From the NCBI GenBank assembly GCA_039027815.1, contig JBCCJK010000003.1, positions 11,603 to 75,602 of the forward strand: a stretch of DNA of 64,000 nt. The letters run 5' to 3'. Position numbers and translations under genes: made by a program. The DNA comes from Verrucomicrobiota bacterium. Lineage in GTDB: Bacteria; Verrucomicrobiota; Verrucomicrobiia; Verrucomicrobiales; JBCCJK01. The notes below the pieces were generated by a model. The model saw only the letters and a program-made list of their open reading frames with translations, was not told where the DNA came from and did no database searches. Shown here piece after piece: positions 25,697-33,869 of this stretch; position 1 is the stretch's first letter; every line of letters begins with the position of its first letter.

Positions 25697-26122
25697 ATGA
25701 TGAAGGAAGAAAACGATCCCAGAGAACGCACCACGCAGTTTGCGTTGCGAATCATCCGACTGTTCGGAAGTATGCCGAAGTCGACCGAAGCTCAGATTCT
25801 AGGCAAACAGTTGCTCCGCTCGGGAACATCGGTTGGAGCGAACTATCACGAAGCTCATCGCGGCAGGAGCAAAGCCGAGTTCATTGCGAAATGCGGCGAC
25901 TCACTGCGGGAACTGGAAGAGCCGAACGGAGTGAGACAGACTGGTTGAACAACCAGGCCGTAGGGGACGCGCGGCGGCGCGGATCAATCAGCGTATTGGC
26001 TGGAGCTCCTCTTCGAAGCCGAAACCGTGCCAGCAGCCAAGCTCCAACCGTTACGTGCCGAGTGCGACGAACTCATCGCCCTCTTCGTCACCATCATCAA
26101 GAAGGCTCGCAACTCCAATTGA
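25697..26122 (+). pseudogene. four-helix-bundle protein gene (23S rRNA intervening-sequence protein family) interrupted by an in-frame insert carrying two stop codons
   Basis: N-terminal part LLRSGTSVGANYHEAHRGRSKAEFIAK...LRELEE. After 72 nt, still in the same frame, YWLELLFEAETV...IIKKARNSN. TGA at 25946 and TAG at 25961 lie in the intervening piece. Confidence 0.6.
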
Positions 26123-26260
26123 AGACGGGTCCTTCATCCTTCTTCATTCATCATTCTCACTTCTCATTTCCCCTGCCAAGGGCAAAGGGGAGATCCGCCA
26201 AAAGCTCGTCGAGAACGACCTCGTCGACTGTCGCGAAAACAAGGTCTACCCTTTCGCAGC

Positions 26261-28798
26261 ATGAGCGCCAAAGAAGCCACCGCCCGCATCAAGATCAACC
26301 ACCTGCTCGAAGAAGCCGGTTGGCGCTTCTTTGACGATGAAACCGGCGCTGCCAACATCTGCCTCGAACCCAAAGTCAAAGTTACCTCCGCCGTCCTCGA
26401 CGAACTCGGCGAAGACTTCGAGGAGACCTCCGACGGTTTCATCGACTTTCTCCTTCTGGACTCCAAAGGCTTCCCCTTCATTGTCCTAGAAGCCAAATCC
26501 GAGGACAAAAGCCCCCTAGTTGGCAAAGAGCAGGCCCGCAAATACGCCCGCTCCCAGAACTGCCGCTTCGTCATCCTCTCAAATGGCAACCTTCACTACT
26601 TCTGGGATCTCGAACGTGGAAACCCCTACGTCATCACCGCCTTCCCGACTCCGACTTCTGTTATCAGCTACTCCAAGACCAAGCCAGACACGAAACGCCT
26701 CATTGAAGAAGAGGTTGGCGACGACTATATCGCCCTCACCCAGCGCCCCACCTACGCCTCGGAAGCCGGATGGATCAATGAAGCCGAGCGTTCCCGCTAC
26801 AAAGAAGCAAATAAGCTTCGCTTCCTCCGCTCCTACCAAAAGAGCGCCATCCACAAGCTCCAAGCCGCCGTCAAAGAAGGGAACGACCGCTTCCTCTTCG
26901 AAATAGCCACTGGCACCGGAAAGACCCTGACTTCTGCCGCGGTCATCAAGCTCTTCCTGCGCTCCGGCAATGCCCAGCACGTCCTCTTCCTCGTCGACCG
27001 CCTCGAACTTGAAGACCAGGCCAAGAAAGCCTTCACCCTACTTCTCTCCAACGACTACCAGACCGTCGTCTACAAAGAGAACCGCGACGACTGGCGCCGC
27101 GCCGAGATCGTCGTCACTACCGTCCAGTCCCTCCTCTTCAACAACAAATACAAGCAGCTCTTCTCGCCCACCGACTTCGACCTCATCATCTCCGATGAAG
27201 CGCACCGCTCCATTTCCGGAAATGCCCGCGCCGTCTTCGAATACTTCGTCGGTGCCAAGCTCGGCCTCACCGCCACCCCGCGCGACTACCTCAAGCGCTT
27301 CGACAAAGACAAACCCACCACCAAAGACCCCCGCGAGCACGAACGCCGCCTCCTCCTCGACACCTACCGCACCTTCGGCTGTGCCGACAGCCAGCCCACC
27401 TACCGCTACTCCCTCCTCGATGGCGTCAAAGACGGCTTCCTCATCAACCCCACCATCGTCGACGCCCGCACCGACATCACCACTGAGCTCCTCTCCGAAG
27501 AAGGCTTCGTCGTCGAGTTCACCGATGAAGAAGGCGAAGACCAAAAAGAGTCCTACAAGCAACGCGAATTCGAAAAACGCTTCTTCTCCGACGCCACCAA
27601 CCAACTCTTCTGCAAGACCTTCCTCGAAAACGCCTTCCGCGACCCCATCAGCGGCGAGATCGGCAAATCCATCGTCTTCGCCGTCAGTCAGGCCCACGCC
27701 GCCAAGCTCACCCAGATCCTCAATGTCATGGCGGACAAAATGTTTCCCGGGAAATACCAGTCCGACTTCGCCGTCCAGGTCACCTCACAGATTTCCGACG
27801 CCCAGCAGTTCACCATCAACTTCACCAACAACAACCTGCTCGGCTCCGCCAACTTCATCGACACCTACAAGACCAGCAAAGCCCGCGTCTGCGTGACCGT
27901 CGGCATGATGACCACCGGCTACGACTGCCCTGACCTCCTAAACCTCGGCCTCTTCCGCCCCATCTTCTCTCCGACCGACTTCATTCAGATCAAAGGACGG
28001 GGCACTCGGAAGCACACCTTCCTCGAAGACCTCCACGACGACGAACTCGCGGAAACCGTCAAGGAGCCCAAAAAGACCGCCTTCAAGCTCTTCGACTTCT
28101 TCGCCAACTGCGAATACTTCGAAGAAGAGTTCGACTACGACCAAGTCCTCAAACTTCCCAAGCCCAAAGGCAAAGGAGGGGATGACACCGGCGGCGGTGG
28201 CACCGTTTACGCGGGCACCTACGAGCACCTCGGTTCCGATATCATTGCTTCCGTTCAGGAAGAGACGATCGGCTATGAAGGCATGAAGATCGACCGCATG
28301 TTCTTCGAGAAATTCGAAGACACCGTCAAAGAAAACGACTTCATCGCCGCCAGTGTCGAAGCCGGCGAATGGGACCGTGTCATCGACTACGTCAACAAAG
28401 AGGTCTTCGATAAACCCAACGAATATTACAACCTCGACAAGCTTCGCAAAGCCGCCTCTGTCGACCGCCGCCTCACTCTCCGCGAGATCCTCGAAAAAGT
28501 CTTCGGCCTCATACCACGCTTCAAATCCAAGGATGAACTCCTCGAAGAAGAGTTTGCCAAATTCGTCGCCGACTACAAACCCGACGAAGCCGAAGCCATC
28601 CCTGCCATCAAGACTTACTTCAAGGCCTACGTCACCAGCGATCAGGTGCGCCACATCATCGAGAGCAAGGAACTCACCCAGCTCGCCACCAATCCCACCT
28701 TCTCCACCCGCGACCTCAAGGCCGTGCCCGAGAAATACCGCACGCTCATTCCCGAATACATCAAAGACTACGTCTCTCTGAACCAATTTGCCGCTTAG
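26261..28798 (+). CDS. hsdR: type I restriction enzyme R subunit (PD-(D/E)xK nuclease + SF2 helicase + EcoEI-R-type C-terminal domain)
   Basis: DFLLLD...VLEAKS nuclease motif. Helicase motifs ATGTGKT and DEAH (ISDEAHRS). C-terminal helical domain. Confidence 0.85.
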   Translation: MSAKEATARIKINHLLEEAGWRFFDDETGAANICLEPKVKVTSAVLDELGEDFEETSDGFIDFLLLDSKGFPFIVLEAKSEDKSPLVGKEQARKYARSQNCRFVILSNGNLHYFWDLERGNPYVITAFPTPTSVISYSKTKPDTKRLIEEEVGDDYIALTQRPTYASEAGWINEAERSRYKEANKLRFLRSYQKSAIHKLQAAVKEGNDRFLFEIATGTGKTLTSAAVIKLFLRSGNAQHVLFLVDRLELEDQAKKAFTLLLSNDYQTVVYKENRDDWRRAEIVVTTVQSLLFNNKYKQLFSPTDFDLIISDEAHRSISGNARAVFEYFVGAKLGLTATPRDYLKRFDKDKPTTKDPREHERRLLLDTYRTFGCADSQPTYRYSLLDGVKDGFLINPTIVDARTDITTELLSEEGFVVEFTDEEGEDQKESYKQREFEKRFFSDATNQLFCKTFLENAFRDPISGEIGKSIVFAVSQAHAAKLTQILNVMADKMFPGKYQSDFAVQVTSQISDAQQFTINFTNNNLLGSANFIDTYKTSKARVCVTVGMMTTGYDCPDLLNLGLFRPIFSPTDFIQIKGRGTRKHTFLEDLHDDELAETVKEPKKTAFKLFDFFANCEYFEEEFDYDQVLKLPKPKGKGGDDTGGGGTVYAGTYEHLGSDIIASVQEETIGYEGMKIDRMFFEKFEDTVKENDFIAASVEAGEWDRVIDYVNKEVFDKPNEYYNLDKLRKAASVDRRLTLREILEKVFGLIPRFKSKDELLEEEFAKFVADYKPDEAEAIPAIKTYFKAYVTSDQVRHIIESKELTQLATNPTFSTRDLKAVPEKYRTLIPEYIKDYVSLNQFAA

Positions 28799-28807
28799 AA
28801 AGCCATC

Positions 28808-31327
28808 ATGCCAGACCCCGAAACCAAACGCCGCATCAACACCGCCCGCGATATCCTCGTCGGCAAAGTCCCCGACCCCAAATCTCAAGTCGAGCAGATC
28901 ACCATCGCCCTCATCTACAAGTTCATGGCCGACATGGACGCCGAGTCCGAGGAGATGGGCGGCAAGCGCACCTTCTTCTCCGGCGAATGGGAACGCTACG
29001 GCTGGCCCAAGCTCATGCGCTCTGGTCTGGGTGGTCACGAAGTCCTCGCCCTCTACGGTGAAGCCATCTCCAAGATGCCGGAAAACGCCGGCATCCCCAC
29101 GCTCTTCCGTGACATCTTCAAAAACGCCTATCTCCCTTACCGCGACCCCGAGACCCTCAAGAGCTTCCTCAAGGTCATCGACGAATTCGAATACGACCAC
29201 TCCGAGCGCCTCGGCGACGCCTTCGAATACCTCCTCTCCGTCCTTGGCTCCCAGGGCGATGCCGGACAGTTCCGCACCCCCCGCCACATCATCGACTTCA
29301 TGGTCGAGATCATCGACCCGAAGAAAGACGAAACCGTTCTCGACCCCGCCTGCGGCACCGCCGGATTCCTCATCTCCTCTTACAAACACATCGACCGCAA
29401 CAACCGCGACAAGGACGGTAACAGCACCCTCACGCCCGACGACAAAGGCCGCCTCGCCAAGAACTTCAAGGGCTACGACATCTCGCCCGACATGGTGCGC
29501 CTCTCGCTGGTCAATCTCTACCTCCACGGCTTCAGCGATCCCCACATTGACGAATACGACACCCTCACCTCCGACGACAAATGGAACCAGTTCGTCGACG
29601 TCATCCTCGCCAACCCGCCCTTCATGTCTCCGAAAGGCGGGATCAAGCCGCACAAGCGCTTCTCTGTGCAATCCAAGCGCAGCGAAGTCCTCTTCGTCGA
29701 CTACATCGCCGAACACCTCACCCCCAGCGGCCGCGCCGCCATCATTGTCCCCGAAGGCATCATCTTCCAAGGCCAGACCGCCTACAAACAGCTCCGCAAG
29801 ATGCTCGTCGACGAACACCTCGTTGCCGTCATCTCCCTTCCCGCCGGTGTCTTCCAACCCTACTCCGGCGTCAAAACCAGCATCCTTGTCTTCGACAAAT
29901 CACTCGCCAAACAGAGCGACACCATCGGCTTCTTCAAAGTCGAGCACGACGGCTTCATGCTTGGTGCCCAGCGCCGCGAAACGGACAAGAACGACCTGCC
30001 GCAGATTAAATTAGAGCTCGAAGAATATCTCGATGCGCTCCGAAACAAAGAGGATGTCTCCGAGATTCAGCCAAAACGGGGTGTCGTAGTTGAAAAAGAG
30101 AAGATCGCCGAGAACGAAGAATACAACCTAAGTGGAGAGAGGTATCGAGACACCGACCTAGTTACCGCAGCGTATCCGCTCGTTCCACTTTCAAAAGTTG
30201 CAAGGGTGAAGAATGGCTTCGCGTTTAAAAGCGCTGAGTATGAAGACGATGGTCTTCGTGTAATGCGAATTAAAAATGTTCAGAAAGGAGAGGTAGTCGA
30301 CAACGACCCAAAGTTTATAGCTAAAAACCGTGAGAGTGAATTTGCAGACTACTCGCTGAAGGCGGGAGACCTTCTAATATCGCTTACAGGCAATGTTGGC
30401 CGAGTAGGAAGACTAAAGGTTGAGCACGAACCAGCTGTCCTTAATCAGCGAGTTGCGCACGTCGAGCTTCTCAAGGGAAGCCAATGCCTTCTAGATTATC
30501 TGTTCGCACTACTTAATACAGAGCGATTCGAAGCCGATTCAATTGATGCGTCTAGCGGAGTAGCGCAAGCGAACCTGAGTTCAAAATGGGTTGGCAACTA
30601 CCAAATCCCCCTCCCGCCGCTGGAGGTGCAGAAGGAGATCGTGGCGGAGATCGAGAGCTACCAGAAAGTCATCGACGGCGCCCGCGCCGTCCTCGACAAC
30701 TACCGTCCCCACATCCCCATCCACCCCGACTGGCCGATGGGCGTATTAGGAGACGGTTGTAATCTTATCGGAGGCTTCGCATTCAAAAGTTCCGATATGC
30801 AATCCGAGCCCGCTACTTCCAATGATCGGAAAGTGCTGAAGATTGGCAACGTTGGCAAAGATGGGCGCTTGTTACTCGAAGGAATTCAGTATCACGAATT
30901 CTCGGAGAAACTCGAAAGGTATACCCTTAGAACTGGCGACGCTGTAGTGGCGATGACTGGTGCGACTGTTGGCAAAGCAGCAGTTGTGGATCAGGAATTA
31001 ATTTTGCTCAATCAACGAGTTGGCGCGTTGCGGGCGAAAGAAGGATGTCTTCAAGAGTTCATCCTGTGGTTAGTATTCGATTCAAAATTCTACGATTATT
31101 GTCAGCGCACGGCTGGAGGCGGAGCTCAAGGTAACATTTCACCCAAAGAGATTCTTAAGTATCCCATCCCTCTTCCATCACCAGAGATTCAGAAGGCTAT
31201 TGTAACCGAGATCCAAGCCGAACAATCACTCGTCGCCGCCAACCGTGAACTCATCGAGCGGATGGAGAAAAAGATCCAAGCCGTCATCGCACGAGTGTGG
31301 GGTGAAGAAGAAACCGAAGCGGAGTAA
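28808..31327 (+). CDS. hsdMS: type I R-M methyltransferase fused to a two-TRD specificity subunit (HsdM-HsdS single polypeptide)
   Basis: The N-terminal ~440 aa carry FRTPRHI, DPACGTAGFL and NPPF motifs (N6-adenine MTase). From ~aa 455 there are two target-recognition domains, separated by a conserved helix PLPPLEVQKEIVAEIE and followed by PLPSPEIQKAIVTEIQ. There is no stop between the M and S parts. Confidence 0.85.
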   Translation: MPDPETKRRINTARDILVGKVPDPKSQVEQITIALIYKFMADMDAESEEMGGKRTFFSGEWERYGWPKLMRSGLGGHEVLALYGEAISKMPENAGIPTLFRDIFKNAYLPYRDPETLKSFLKVIDEFEYDHSERLGDAFEYLLSVLGSQGDAGQFRTPRHIIDFMVEIIDPKKDETVLDPACGTAGFLISSYKHIDRNNRDKDGNSTLTPDDKGRLAKNFKGYDISPDMVRLSLVNLYLHGFSDPHIDEYDTLTSDDKWNQFVDVILANPPFMSPKGGIKPHKRFSVQSKRSEVLFVDYIAEHLTPSGRAAIIVPEGIIFQGQTAYKQLRKMLVDEHLVAVISLPAGVFQPYSGVKTSILVFDKSLAKQSDTIGFFKVEHDGFMLGAQRRETDKNDLPQIKLELEEYLDALRNKEDVSEIQPKRGVVVEKEKIAENEEYNLSGERYRDTDLVTAAYPLVPLSKVARVKNGFAFKSAEYEDDGLRVMRIKNVQKGEVVDNDPKFIAKNRESEFADYSLKAGDLLISLTGNVGRVGRLKVEHEPAVLNQRVAHVELLKGSQCLLDYLFALLNTERFEADSIDASSGVAQANLSSKWVGNYQIPLPPLEVQKEIVAEIESYQKVIDGARAVLDNYRPHIPIHPDWPMGVLGDGCNLIGGFAFKSSDMQSEPATSNDRKVLKIGNVGKDGRLLLEGIQYHEFSEKLERYTLRTGDAVVAMTGATVGKAAVVDQELILLNQRVGALRAKEGCLQEFILWLVFDSKFYDYCQRTAGGGAQGNISPKEILKYPIPLPSPEIQKAIVTEIQAEQSLVAANRELIERMEKKIQAVIARVWGEEETEAE

Positions 31328-31331
31328 GCCC

Positions 31332-32090
31332 ATGGAGGACTCCCTCGAACTCGCCAACTACCTTCCGCTCTCCTTCAAAACCCCGAAGGAAGAAGAATAT
31401 ATCGCCTTCCTATGGGATGCCTTTGAGACGAACTACAAGGCCTATAAATGCCAGTTTGCCTTTCTCGCCTACCACATGCTCACCATGAGCTTCGTCTACT
31501 TCATCATCTGGCAGATCCGGAACAACGAACCCAAAGACTTCGAGAAAGCCACCATCGGCTTCGGCAAGGACATCGAGAAAAACCTCACCAATGCCAACAG
31601 CCCCTTCGCCTTCAGCACCGTCAACGAGCGCAGCATCCTCCGATTCCTCAAACTCATCCAGTGCGACAACAGCAAGATCGGCACCTACTCCAAACTCGTC
31701 GACGACCGCAACAGCACCGCCCACCCCAACGGCAACATCTTCTACAACGACCAACGCTCCCTCGACACCAAGATCACCGAGATCCTTCGCGTCGTCGAAG
31801 AAATCCAGACTCACTCAAAACCCGTCATCGAGCACTGCTACGAAAACTTTCTCGCCGAAAGCTACGACGAAGAAGAACGCGAATACGCCGATGCTGAAGA
31901 CCAAATCCGCGAAGCCCTCATCCACGGCCACTACCTCTCCCAGAAAGACATCGAAATCTGCCTCGCCTGCGACCCCGCCCCCGTCATGAAGCGCGAAGAC
32001 CACGACGCCAACGCCATGACCGCCATCAAAGCCCTCCACGACCAATTCCAAGCCCAATACCGCGAAGAGGAAGACCTCACCCCCGTCTAA
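31332..32090 (+). CDS. uncharacterised protein with a HEPN-type RNxxAH (Rx4H) motif (DUF4145-like?), embedded in the hsd operon
   Basis: Starts 4 nt after the hsdMS stop and ends 2 nt before the mrr start. Motif LVDDRNSTAHPNG (R126...H131, nt 31707-31724). One long hydrophobic helix (FAFLAYHMLTMSFVYFIIWQI). No family was recognised with certainty. Confidence 0.5.
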   Translation: MEDSLELANYLPLSFKTPKEEEYIAFLWDAFETNYKAYKCQFAFLAYHMLTMSFVYFIIWQIRNNEPKDFEKATIGFGKDIEKNLTNANSPFAFSTVNERSILRFLKLIQCDNSKIGTYSKLVDDRNSTAHPNGNIFYNDQRSLDTKITEILRVVEEIQTHSKPVIEHCYENFLAESYDEEEREYADAEDQIREALIHGHYLSQKDIEICLACDPAPVMKREDHDANAMTAIKALHDQFQAQYREEEDLTPV

Positions 32091-32092
32091 TC

Positions 32093-33111
32093 ATGAGCCA
32101 AGCAACTAAAGACAAAACCATCTGGGGCATCCATGCCGGCAAGACTGGAGATGCCACAACTCTGTTCCTCAAGCATTCCTGTGTCGCGCTTGGTTGGGAT
32201 CAGATGGCTGACCTCTCCCAACTGGCACCCAACCGAAAAGCCTTCAAGGCCGCAGTTGCCAAAACCTATCCCAAGAAAAAGCCCGGAGCGATTCCGAACA
32301 ACGCCGGACAACTCTTTCGCTTTCTTCACGAAATGAAGATCGGAGACCTTGTCGTCTTTCCCAACAAAAGCACGCGCAAGCTCCACCTCGGAAGAATTGT
32401 CGGGGACTATGAATATCTCCTGAATCTGAGTCAGGGCTACCCCAACATTCGCAAAGTCGAGTGGCTGTTGGAACTCGACCGTAAGACCTTCAGTCAAGGC
32501 GCACTGTACGAAATCGGCAGCGCGATGAGCTTGTTCCAAGTGAAAAACCACGCCGATGAATTCCGCGCCGCCCTCGAAGGCAAGGCAGTCGCTCCCGTTG
32601 TGAGTGAAGATGACACCGTTTCCGCCGTCGCCGAGAACATTGAAGAAAACACCCGTGACTTCGTGCTCAAAAGTCTCTCCCGAGAACTCAAGGGACTCCC
32701 ACTGGAGGATTTCATCCGTCACCTCTTGGAGTGCATGAGCTACCAAGCAAGACTGACCAAGAAGAATGAGCCAAGCGTCGATGTGATCGCCACAAGGATC
32801 AACTCGGCATCGAGCCACCCATCATCAAAGTGCAGGTCAAAAGCAGCGATGGCACGGCCAGCGATAAGGACGTCTCCGCTCTTTACGGTAAACTCTCCCC
32901 AGGCGAATACGGCCTCTTCGTCACGCTCGGCAGCTTCTCGTCCCACGCACACAGCTTCGAACAAGGCAAAGGCAACTTACGCCTCATCGACGGCGAAGAG
33001 CTCGTCGACCTCGTCTTCCAGAATTACAAACGATTCGACGTCCGCTACAAAGGATTGTTACCACTACGCAGTGTTTACGTTCCCGAACCGATTGATGACT
33101 CGGAAGGATAA
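32093..33111 (+). pseudogene. mrr: Mrr-family type IV restriction endonuclease, disrupted by a 1-nt frameshift near 32791
   Basis: Mrr_N-like N-terminus (IWGIHAGKTGD...GWDQ), then the catalytic region split over two frames: ...EPSVDVIA | (H)KDQLGIEPPIIKVQVKSSDG...LFVTLGSFS...LIDGEELVDL. The second part is frame -1 relative to the first. Confidence 0.75.
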
Positions 33112-33171
33112 TCGACTTTGCGCAGGGGCTACCAACAAAAGAAGGAGATCTTACCCATAGAGCGCATCAAG

Positions 33172-33351
33172 ATGGTGATGACGCGGGACAAGGACAACGA
33201 GAAAGCGCTCTACGACCTCCTCGGCAACAAGGACGAGCGCAAGAAGTTCAACACCCAGTTCAAGAAAGCCGAATCCAACTCCAAAATCGCCATCAATGCC
33301 CTTCAAGACCAATTCCGCGAAGAGGAGGAACTCACCCCAACCCAGTTATGA
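33172..33351 (+). CDS. 59-codon ORF whose 3' end duplicates the 3' end of the 31332-32090 gene (possible gene remnant)
   Basis: ...KIAINALQDQFREEEELTPTQL compared with ...TAIKALHDQFQAQYREEEDLTPV. The similarity also holds at the nucleotide level. Confidence 0.3.
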   Translation: MVMTRDKDNEKALYDLLGNKDERKKFNTQFKKAESNSKIAINALQDQFREEEELTPTQL

Positions 33352-33477
33352 TCTATCTTCTCAAGGCCCTACGACCCCCTGAGGGGGCTAACATGAAGAT
33401 CCAATCCAATAACATCGTAACATGAAACTAGGACGATTTCTATTCATGGAGACCGCTTTTTGAAACCGCCTAGTATT

Positions 33478-33630
33478 GGTGGGCCGCGACGTCCCCGGCG
33501 CGGCGGGTGCGATGAGCTAATTCGTAAACCAGTCACCTACCCACGGCCTTTCCGGCTGCCTATCACTTGGGATCAGCTGCACCCAGAAGAAAAGTCTCCC
33601 CCCACCGCGCCGGGGACGTCGCGGGCCACC
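33478..33630. repeat. long inverted repeat (about 26-bp GC-rich arms around a ~100-bp spacer)
   Basis: GGTGGGCCGCGACGTCCCCGGCGCGG (33478-33503) compared with CCGCGCCGGGGACGTCGCGGGCCACC (33605-33630). The arms are complementary apart from one pair of adjacent transposed bases. Confidence 0.85.
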
Positions 33631-33869
33631 GGGGGAAGCTTGCTACCGTAGTTTTCTGGGGGCTTCTGCTAGGATGGTCTTCGCGATATCCCATTGGCTC
33701 TCTGCCCTATCCACCTCACAAATAATACGACTTCTATTTGCGAGACCGCTTCTAGTCTGGAAGGAATTTTCAAAAGGCGCTCCCAGCGTTGGCCTGGTAG
33801 CTATGTCTGCCCTGGACGAGGACCCCTTTTTCGCGCAAGACCCAGGGAGGTTCTCTCCCACGTCCTCTC

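Noticed and set aside
27938-29857. 639-aa minus-strand ORF (and the ORF at 27038-27697) opposite hsdR/hsdMS, plus long Ser/Pro/Thr-rich plus-strand alternative-frame ORFs at 26970-27896 and 28788-30014.
   Set aside because: Their composition (Asp/Glu/Gly/Val runs, or Ser/Pro/Thr runs) is what off-frame reading of the GAA/GAC/ACC-rich hsd genes produces. No motifs are present, and the hsd frames carry complete catalytic motifs.
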